DNA of 64,000 nucleotides from Candidatus Scybalocola faecigallinarum (GTDB lineage Bacteria; Bacillota; Clostridia; Lachnospirales; Lachnospiraceae): NCBI GenBank assembly GCA_018711005.1, contig DVIT01000015.1, positions 1,801 to 65,800 of the forward strand, read 5' to 3'. Shown piece by piece: positions 1 to 7,115 of this stretch (position 1 is its first letter; each line of letters starts with the position of its first letter). The notes under the pieces were generated by a model. It saw only the letters and a program-made list of their open reading frames with translations, ran no database searches and was not told where the DNA came from. The position numbers and the translations under genes were made by a program.

Positions 1-1724
1 ATGGCATCCCGATCATTCAGCCGCTCTACCATTTTCCGGTAAGCCTCCATAGGTGAAGACTCATAATAATTTTCATATTCATTGCCAAAGCTGTCGAATA
101 AGGAGGTGCGCATCCCATTAACATAAAAATAGGGAATATCCCTCTGGCACAATGCCCGGGTTTCATAGGAAATGATCCGGTCTTTCCACGGATTTGGGAT
201 TCTTGTACTATTATACAAATTTTGGAAAAATAATTTCTGCCGCCACATTTGTGTCATAAAAAAGCCATTTCCCGCCGTCTGAGTATACATATGATACTGC
301 TGTGTATTGCGCAGAAGCACCCGGCTGTTAATAGCAAATGCGGCTCTCGCTTTTTTCAAAAACGATCTTTTATTTTCCCGGGCAAAACGGTATGCGGACA
401 AAAAGCCTTCCACAAGTTCATTCACATATTTTGACGGATCTACAGCTTTGCCGTCAAGCGCAGGAAGATTTCCTTTCACTTCAAACTCCGGGTGTGTTAG
501 GATCACATCCATTTCCGACGTCTTGCCACGGATGATCACAGGCACACGTACCGGAAGTTTCTGCTTCTCCTGTCGGCCTATAGCTCCCAGGCGAACGCCC
601 TGGCCGTCAAAATTCCACACAGTGATGGGCAAAGCCCCGGTCATCAATACAGAATCCGCCAGCCGTGTAAACGCCTGACCTGTCATAGACATATCATTTC
701 CCGAAAATGCCCTTCCCGGAAATGTTTCCAGATCTACCAGCACCGGATGCTCGCCGCAGGCTAATATATTTTCAAAATGCATGTCTTTCACTGAAAACAA
801 ATAGCAAATAAACAGCTGAAGGCCAAGCCGGTAAAAGTACCGTTTTACCTGATCTTCATTGGTGCAGTCTCCGGAAAGAACCGCTTCGCACCAGCCATGG
901 CGGCCTTTATCAAGGATCTTATAGGTATAGCTTTCCATATGACACTCACCAGCAAGCCACGTATAAATTTCCTGGTACATCTGGTCATTTCTCATACTGC
1001 GGGGCTTGTAGTAAAGTACCTGGCCATCGGACCATGTCACACGGACCACAGTTCGCCCGCCAAAGTGGGCATCCGATGCACCAAGCTTTAACTCTGCAAT
1101 TTGTCCGGGAGCATTTCCTTCAAAAAACACATCCGCAATTTCATCACGATCATCTTTAAGATGTGCCTCAAACTCCCGGATGAAGCTTTGGAAATTTTTC
1201 ATCTGGCAATATAATATCCATGTCAGCGCCTTATACTTTTTAAGAATCTCTCCCCGATATTCTCCCTGAGTCAGATAATGATTAACATAATACTCATATT
1301 CTTTATGCGTATCACTCCCTGAAAGCTTATTCTCGTCTTTTAAAACCTTCATCTCACGGATCAAAACCCGGATACTTACACCTTCCAGCCGGCTAAACAA
1401 CACTTTCAGCAAAGACTCTCGAACATTTTCACTAAATCTTACCAGGCCCCAACCGTTGCATTCCTCCATCATCGTGATCCAAAAAGCCAACAGCGGCTCA
1501 TAAAAAGGGAAAAAGCACTGTTCTTCCAGCCATGCTGCTTTATATGTCCGTCCCGGGTTCTCACAAAACCGGGCCAAAGACTCCGAAACCGCCTCATCTT
1601 CTTCCCCGGAATCATCCCAATTTTCTATCATATTATCAAGCGTTTCTTTGCCAAGGATCTTTTTCCAAACATCATACTCCACGCCTGTTATTTTCTCTTT
1701 TAAAAAATTCCCCATCACTCTCAT
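1..1724 (-). CDS. lanM: Class II lanthipeptide synthetase LanM, N-terminal dehydratase (DUF4135-type) part; about 574 codons in the window, truncated by the left edge
   Basis: Hand translation of the minus strand is stop-free from ATG 1724 (or 1715; GGAGG SD upstream) to base 1. LanM dehydratase motifs occur in order: VSIRVLIREM, GASDAHFGGRTV, LYYKPR, HGWCE, RYFYRLG, DMHFENI, PVLVDLET, SVLMTGALP, NLPALDG, RVLLRNTQQY, CQRDIPYFY. It is absent from the ORF track because it has no in-window stop. Confidence 0.93.
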   Translation of the reverse strand, partial: MRVMGNFLKEKITGVEYDVWKKILGKETLDNMIENWDDSGEEDEAVSESLARFCENPGRTYKAAWLEEQCFFPFYEPLLAFWITMMEECNGWGLVRFSENVRESLLKVLFSRLEGVSIRVLIREMKVLKDENKLSGSDTHKEYEYYVNHYLTQGEYRGEILKKYKALTWILYCQMKNFQSFIREFEAHLKDDRDEIADVFFEGNAPGQIAELKLGASDAHFGGRTVVRVTWSDGQVLYYKPRSMRNDQMYQEIYTWLAGECHMESYTYKILDKGRHGWCEAVLSGDCTNEDQVKRYFYRLGLQLFICYLFSVKDMHFENILACGEHPVLVDLETFPGRAFSGNDMSMTGQAFTRLADSVLMTGALPITVWNFDGQGVRLGAIGRQEKQKLPVRVPVIIRGKTSEMDVILTHPEFEVKGNLPALDGKAVDPSKYVNELVEGFLSAYRFARENKRSFLKKARAAFAINSRVLLRNTQQYHMYTQTAGNGFFMTQMWRQKLFFQNLYNSTRIPNPWKDRIISYETRALCQRDIPYFYVNGMRTSLFDSFGNEYENYYESSPMEAYRKMVERLNDRDA

Positions 1725-1810
1725 CCTCCCTCCGGCAGGATTATCGTCTCTTGGTTTCTTCAAATATTGAAAAAAATCATTCTTTTTCTTTCGCCGCCCC
1801 ACTGTCAACG

Positions 1811-1885
1811 AAAACAAAAAGACTGCCATTAAATTTCAGGCAGAAGCTCAAAAGTCCTGGCCGAAGAAAATTTAATGGCAGTCTT
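1811..1885 (-). terminator. Stem-loop between lanA and lanM, followed by a U-rich tract
   Basis: Perfect 18-bp inverted repeat AAGACTGCCATTAAATTT (1819-1836) / AAATTTAATGGCAGTCTT (1868-1885). On the minus strand it is followed by TTTGTTTT. Confidence 0.7.
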
Positions 1886-1895
1886 CGGCTGCGCA

Positions 1896-2027
1896 TTAGC
1901 AGCAGATAACAGTTAAATAGCCGCCGCAATAAGATGAAAAACTTACTACATCTTCTAAATTGGAAGATTCATCAAATTTTTTGATTTCTTCCATTTCTTT
2001 TTCAATTAATTTAATCTCTTTCTCCAT
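1896..2027 (-). CDS. lanA: Lanthipeptide precursor peptide, 43 aa: MEKEIKLIEKEMEEIKKFDESSNLEDVVSFSSYCGGYLTVICC
   Basis: ATG at 2027 with GAGGT SD upstream, TAA at 1896-1898. Acidic helical leader and a Ser/Thr/Cys-rich C-terminal core (S29, S31, S32, T39; C34, C42, C43). It lies immediately upstream of lanM and is below the ORF-track size cut-off. Confidence 0.85.
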   Translation of the reverse strand: MEKEIKLIEKEMEEIKKFDESSNLEDVVSFSSYCGGYLTVICC

Positions 2028-3351
2028 AGCTAATTACCTCACTTTGTTCCCAAAATATTATCTGCGTATTAAAATACTCTGTGTCATAAGTAATATCTAA
2101 TTGACCGCCGTACTTTTCCACAATGGTTTCAATACTTTTTATTCCCCAACCATGATTTACTTTATCTGCTTTAGATGTAACTATTTTTCCATCTTTAATC
2201 ATTGGCGGCTGTGCGAGACTATTTCTTACATGGATAAAAAGCATATTCCCTTTATTGACGATTTGAATAGTAATTTCCTTGTTTTTCAAAGCCTTACTGG
2301 CTCCTTCAATAGCGTTATCCAATAAATTTCCAAGAAGAATACTCATATCTTTGTCTGTAATAACACATCTTATATTGGAACTTTGGATTTCCATATTTAT
2401 TTTTGATGCAGCTGCTTTCTTCATTTTACCATCCAAAAGACTATCAATTAACGGATTGCCCGTCCATGCATGAATACGTCCCTGACTGAATTGCAAATCA
2501 CCTACCATGTCTTCCAAAAACTTTTTGGCATCATCATTTTTATCATTGGATAAGTATGCGCCTAAAGTTTGTAATTGGTGCTTTAAGTCATGAAGTTCAA
2601 TGGATTTCTTTAAATACTCATTTTTTATTTTCATATATTCTGTTTCCATTCGGGCATCTTGGATCAAACGCTGCTGCCGAAGGCTCTCTGACTGGCGATA
2701 TATAATAAAACATGCAAACACCAGAATCAAAAGCACTATACACAGAATGGATACTAGATTATATAAAAATATATCACGACCATATTCCTGATGACCGATG
2801 ATCAGAAAATATGTTATTACCCACCACTCTATAAACGCAAATATAATCCATAATAAATTTATTTTGGATGAAATCGTATTTTCAATATGTTTTCTTATAT
2901 GCATTCCCAAGAATTTATATATAAATAACAAACACATTGATAAAAAAACAATGTAATAGTAATTGTATATAACAAACTTTTGCGCACAAAAAACATAAGG
3001 TTGTCCAGTCAACCAGCCACTTAAAATAATCCCTGGTAATTCCAGTAGGCTAATTGTCCCGTAATATATTCCCGCCCATGCTAAACACGAAAGAATATCT
3101 CTCGTAGTAAATATAACTGCAGATATAAAGAAATAAAATATTACAAACAAAATCAATACATTAGAAAATCTCATATTCAAAATTCGATTTTGCAGAATAT
3201 TCCAACCTACAATCCCAAGAAATCCCAAATATTCAAGCACACGTACCCACGGCTGATGGAATCTCCGATGCTTTGGCACATCGAATAGCCAGTATGCAAG
3301 CCAAACTTCCACGGCAACATTAAAAATATCCGCACACCACAAAAGAATCAT
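2011..3351 (-). CDS. AgrC-like GHKL sensor histidine kinase (HK1) with multi-TM N-terminal sensor
   Basis: About 6-7 hydrophobic segments; H-box ELHDLKHQL; N-box LLGNLLDNAIEG; G-box NHGWGIKSI; adjacent to a LytTR regulator. Confidence 0.9.
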   Translation of the reverse strand: MILLWCADIFNVAVEVWLAYWLFDVPKHRRFHQPWVRVLEYLGFLGIVGWNILQNRILNMRFSNVLILFVIFYFFISAVIFTTRDILSCLAWAGIYYGTISLLELPGIILSGWLTGQPYVFCAQKFVIYNYYYIVFLSMCLLFIYKFLGMHIRKHIENTISSKINLLWIIFAFIEWWVITYFLIIGHQEYGRDIFLYNLVSILCIVLLILVFACFIIYRQSESLRQQRLIQDARMETEYMKIKNEYLKKSIELHDLKHQLQTLGAYLSNDKNDDAKKFLEDMVGDLQFSQGRIHAWTGNPLIDSLLDGKMKKAAASKINMEIQSSNIRCVITDKDMSILLGNLLDNAIEGASKALKNKEITIQIVNKGNMLFIHVRNSLAQPPMIKDGKIVTSKADKVNHGWGIKSIETIVEKYGGQLDITYDTEYFNTQIIFWEQSEVISYGERD

Positions 3352-3450
3352 AGACGATTCCTCCCAGATCTCTATTTCTTTGCGTATTCACCATCTCTCC
3401 CTCGTCAGGGACCGACGACAGGCTGTGTGGACAGCCGTCCGCCAGATCTT

Positions 3451-4176
3451 TCATTGATTGTGGTGAATGTAAAACTGGATAAGCTGTTTTTTAACATCAC
3501 GAATACGGCTCTGACTAACCTCCACATCCGGACCATAGCTGAGTTTCATCATCCGGTTACTGTCAATGCCGTTAACATGATTCATGTTAACAATGATCCC
3601 TTTGTTAACAAAAATAAACTCATCCGTTTTAAAATAATTCATCAGGCATGCCAGTGAACTTCGAGTTTTATATTCCCCTTTTCTTGTGTACAAAATGGAA
3701 TATTTACCGCTGCCCTTTTCTATTTTAATAATATCACGATAAAGTATTTTTGTCAGGCTTTGAGTATTATTCACAATATAATATTTCCCCTGAAGCAGAA
3801 TCATCTGGGAAATAACATATTCCAAAGCAGGCGGCAGTTTTTCATCCAGTTTGTTCTTTAAAATATATCTGGAGGCTCCTACCTCATAACCATCGGTACT
3901 GTACTCACCGTGATTGGTAATAAAGATAATAAAAACAACGCCGCACTTTTCCTGGATCAGCCGTGCTAATTCCAGACCATTACATCCGGGCATTTCCATA
4001 TCCAGAAGAAAAATGTCATAGCTTTTTCCTTCTAAAATATCTTCTTTGAGAAACTGACCATTTCCCATGGTCGTGATCCGGATATCATAGTCATTCTTCT
4101 CAGCCACTGACTCTACAATTTCTTTAACATGGCTGACAGTTTCCGGCTCATCATCAGCAATAACAAGCTTGATCAC
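3451..4176 (-). CDS. AgrA-like LytTR response regulator (RR1)
   Basis: Receiver motifs IADDE and DIFLLDMEMP, then YILK, and a C-terminal LytTR-like domain (FIFVNKGIIVNMNHV). Likely GTG start at 4176 after AAGGAGG; the ORF track starts at 4239. Confidence 0.9.
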   Translation of the reverse strand: MIKLVIADDEPETVSHVKEIVESVAEKNDYDIRITTMGNGQFLKEDILEGKSYDIFLLDMEMPGCNGLELARLIQEKCGVVFIIFITNHGEYSTDGYEVGASRYILKNKLDEKLPPALEYVISQMILLQGKYYIVNNTQSLTKILYRDIIKIEKGSGKYSILYTRKGEYKTRSSLACLMNYFKTDEFIFVNKGIIVNMNHVNGIDSNRMMKLSYGPDVEVSQSRIRDVKKQLIQFYIHHNQ

Positions 4177-4280
4177 ATGTTTCCCTCCTTCCTTATCATT
4201 CGTATCTTGCGTATCTGGGAATTTGTGTACAAATTTCACTATTTACCGCTTCATTTGTCAAAGTACATTGGCTATTTTTT

Positions 4281-4350
4281 ATTTTACCATATTATGGTAA
4301 CGTTTGCATAAATTGTCCTAAATCCGCCATTATTTGACCATATTCGCCAT
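4281..4350 (-). promoter_or_regulatory. Putative activator-dependent promoter of the RR1-HK1-lanA-lanM operon with 21-bp-period repeats
   Basis: Extended -10 TGgTAAAAT (4281-4289) with a poor -35 (ATGCAA). Upstream TGGTCAA/AGGACAA repeats are 21 bp apart and ATGGCG repeats are 20 bp apart. A perfect palindrome TTACCAT-att-ATGGTAA lies at 4284-4300. Confidence 0.5.
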
Positions 4351-4558
4351 ATCTCATGCATTTTCGTATCATATACAATAATAAGGTGATAAAATCACAA
4401 GATATCAAATGAAAAAAGCCGGTGACATCCGACTTTACGCCTTCTGCCACCGACTCGCTTATGGCTGCTATCCATTGGAATAATTTGAATGGATAAAAAG
4501 CATGATGCTTCTCAGCCTTACGGAACACGTTTTATCTTTTGTACTGCAGCAGAAATGA

Positions 4559-4900
4559 TCAGATTCTGGCTCGGCTCTCTCCGTCCACGTTTATATGATA
4601 TTCCTGCAATAACTGCTGCTGATAATCTCTATCCGAGATTGCTTTTTTCAGATCATCCATACGTTCATCCGCTAAAAGTCTCTCAAACAGGCAACTCACC
4701 AGCTCGCGGCCCTTATCAAGACCTTGCTTTAAGCCCTGCTCCCGGCCTTGTTCAAGACCTTGTTCCAGTCCCTGCTCAAGTCCTTGCTTACGCCCCTTCT
4801 CTAGACCTTGCTCTAAGCCTTGCTCTAGACCTTGCTCTAAGCCTTGCTCTAAACCTTGCTCAAGGCCTTCATCAAATAACATTTGACCAAGCCTTGTCAT
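4559..4900 (-). CDS. Putative in-frame internal-start small protein (RpnS-like antitoxin), 113 aa MTRLGQMLFDEGLEQ...
   Basis: SD GAGGTG (4907-4912) lies 6 nt upstream of an in-frame ATG at 4900, just before the repeat tail. Confidence 0.5.
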   Translation of the reverse strand: MTRLGQMLFDEGLEQGLEQGLEQGLEQGLEQGLEKGRKQGLEQGLEQGLEQGREQGLKQGLDKGRELVSCLFERLLADERMDDLKKAISDRDYQQQLLQEYHINVDGESRARI

Positions 4901-5545
4901 ACGCATCACCTCTCTTAATGCTTCCAGATCTCTGGAATCGTCCATAAATTTTTCGGCAAAAGCATACAGCATTGCTACCACTTTCTGGGCATCTTCTCCC
5001 GGCTCATCCCGGACCAGGCAGACCGCATCAAAAATGCGCGCCTTTTTTGATCTTTGGCTTCCCATGACCGGAATCATGGCCAGGCCCGCCAGATCTTCCC
5101 TGGATAAACGCTCGCCCCTTTGCTTTTTCTCCTGCAGCCGGAGCAATAGTGCGTCCCCATCCTTCTGGATCATGGAAATGGGCCGGACCCGGTAAGTGTT
5201 AATCCCATATGTTTCCTCATACACAGGTTTTTCAATATCCCCGGTAAAGATAACATATGTAATCACATCTTTTCCTGTCATATAATGCATCCATGCCTCA
5301 TAGGAATGAAATCGCCGCAGATCCACAACAGCACCATCCGTAGATTGGAACTCAAAATGCAGATACCTGTCATTCTCCGTTAAAAAGGTAAAATCCATAT
5401 ACATCTGGGTTAATTCCAAAACAGGGATTTCTGTTGGCCCCGGTCCTGTCACGCGCTCATTGATCCCTAAAAAAGGAAGCACATCTTCACCGAAATAAGT
5501 GTGTACAGTCTTCATGATAATATCTTCGTAATTTTTGCTGCTCAA
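4559..5545 (-). CDS. Rpn/YhgA-like PD-(D/E)XK nuclease ('putative transposase') with repetitive C-terminal tail
   Basis: MDFTFLTENDRYLHFEFQST (D...ExQ nuclease motif) and a C-terminal GLEQ/GREQ tandem repeat typical of the Rpn family. Confidence 0.85.
   Translation of the reverse strand: MSSKNYEDIIMKTVHTYFGEDVLPFLGINERVTGPGPTEIPVLELTQMYMDFTFLTENDRYLHFEFQSTDGAVVDLRRFHSYEAWMHYMTGKDVITYVIFTGDIEKPVYEETYGINTYRVRPISMIQKDGDALLLRLQEKKQRGERLSREDLAGLAMIPVMGSQRSKKARIFDAVCLVRDEPGEDAQKVVAMLYAFAEKFMDDSRDLEALREVMRMTRLGQMLFDEGLEQGLEQGLEQGLEQGLEQGLEKGRKQGLEQGLEQGLEQGREQGLKQGLDKGRELVSCLFERLLADERMDDLKKAISDRDYQQQLLQEYHINVDGESRARI
4723..4870 (-). repeat. 12-bp coding tandem repeat (about 13 imperfect GLEQ units)
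   Basis: Plus strand shows repeated CCTTGCTCTAAG/CCTTGTTCAAGA/CCTTGCTCTAGA units. Confidence 0.9.
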
Positions 5546-5763
5546 CCAGGCAATCTTTCCTTTCGTACAAGTCGTTTACTATCTTTTGTACATCCGGTCA
5601 TCTCTTTTGTATCCAGCAAAAACTTTTCGTTTTCTTTATCATTTTATAAGGTACTTTCTACGTATGTTCCTGTATCCAGTATAGCAAAAATTTGTCCGGG
5701 CCACAACAAGATTACAAAAAATTACTTTTTAGTCACAGGTAAGAACCGCATACACAGCCGGTT

Positions 5764-7101
5764 TCACAGCGCCTTCAGCTCCTTTGCCGGCTCCCGCAGC
5801 CGTATCCCGGCTAAGGCAATGAGGCAGCTCACCAGGGCAGCGGCAATGGCGGCCGCCAGGATCGTGATAATATTTACCGGGTAAAAATCAATCCGGTACA
5901 GCTCTCCCCGCAATATTGGCACAGCAGCAAATGCCCCGGCAAGGCCCAGCGCCCCGCCCAGGATAAACACAAGAGCCGCTTCCGCCGCCAGCTCCCAAAA
6001 GCTTTTCCATCGGGTGGCGCCGCAGCAGTACGTTACGGCAATGGACTTCCGCCGGCGGGCCAGCAGCACCAGCAATATGCCAATCATACTGACAAACACA
6101 ATGATCATCACCGTGGCCGATGCCCCGGTAAGCATTATGATCATATTTTGCTGGTCGGCAATACTTTTCTCAGCTTCCAGATACGCGTCATTAATCTCAA
6201 AGCTGATTCCCGGCCGAAGCTGACTAAGACGGGATAAAAGCTCGGGCACCTGGTTGTTGACAGAATCCGCATCCCGGTAGCTGACCACTAATGTATTATA
6301 AGGATTTAAAAGACTGCTAAGCTGACGATATGGAAACATCTCTATTGGCAGGATCACTGCATTTTCCAAAGGTATACGAAAAGAAGCGACGTAATCTTTC
6401 TCCGGAAGATACGGCGATTTGTAGGACATTAAGTCCATATACTCCGGCGCGCCTTTGTCAGGAACGGGCACATATTGGGCGCCGAAATCCGGGGAAAGCC
6501 AGATCTTGCCGTCCCTGGCCGGATACTTACAGGCATCTGCCCATTCCCTGTGTTCATTTTCCATTTCCGAATAAATATCCATGGCCGCCGCTCCCACATA
6601 AATCTTATCCTTTTCCCGCTGGAATGAAAAGGTATCCGCAAACAGCTCATCATTAACAAACATATACCACAAATCAACGCCGTTCTCCGGAGAATTATCT
6701 TTCTCAAAATCATATTTTTGAAACGCCCCGAAGTAAAAGATCAGATCCTGGCCAAACTCATCCAGGACGATGTTATAATCCTCATAATCTATGGGAAACG
6801 GCTCCTCATAATCCCAGCCTTCCTGGCCTTCATAAATTCTTACATAGCCTTCCTCTGTTGTCTCCGCAGTTTCCTTAATCTCTGTCCATGGATCATCTTC
6901 TGCCGTTCCATACCAGGTAATGGTCACCCGGTCCTGAGCCATATCGGCCTTGCTTTGGGCCAGGCGGTCCTGATTTGAAAAAACCATGTTCAGGCAGGTC
7001 ACCAGTAGGGCTGTTCCCACAGCCATTTCAACAATTACCAAACCGTACATTTTAGCTGCGCTGCGCCACAGGCGGAATATTCTGTAAAATGAATACTTCA
7101 T
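5764..7101 (-). CDS. MacB/FtsX-like ABC permease, long type A (copy A4)
   Basis: TM1, large extracellular domain, three C-terminal TMs; YCCGATRW motif; ends PAKELKAL. Likely start MKYSFY at 7101. Confidence 0.85.
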   Translation of the reverse strand: MKYSFYRIFRLWRSAAKMYGLVIVEMAVGTALLVTCLNMVFSNQDRLAQSKADMAQDRVTITWYGTAEDDPWTEIKETAETTEEGYVRIYEGQEGWDYEEPFPIDYEDYNIVLDEFGQDLIFYFGAFQKYDFEKDNSPENGVDLWYMFVNDELFADTFSFQREKDKIYVGAAAMDIYSEMENEHREWADACKYPARDGKIWLSPDFGAQYVPVPDKGAPEYMDLMSYKSPYLPEKDYVASFRIPLENAVILPIEMFPYRQLSSLLNPYNTLVVSYRDADSVNNQVPELLSRLSQLRPGISFEINDAYLEAEKSIADQQNMIIMLTGASATVMIIVFVSMIGILLVLLARRRKSIAVTYCCGATRWKSFWELAAEAALVFILGGALGLAGAFAAVPILRGELYRIDFYPVNIITILAAAIAAALVSCLIALAGIRLREPAKELKAL

Positions 7102-7115
7102 CCCTCTCCCTCCCT

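Noticed and set aside
1780-1812. TTGACA hexamer upstream of lanM as a separate promoter
   Set aside because: No credible -10 at 16-18 nt spacing.
249-1909. Plus-strand ORFs 249-434, 307-678, 338-535, 897-1091 and 1532-1909 in the track
   Set aside because: They are antisense to the motif-rich lanM frame and its hairpin, with no SD and no recognisable features.
4723-4870. Tandem repeats as a CRISPR array
   Set aside because: Contiguous 12-bp in-frame coding repeats with no unique spacers and no cas genes.
4559-5545. Rpn gene as an active IS element
   Set aside because: No terminal inverted repeats or target duplication visible, and the family is not shown to transpose.
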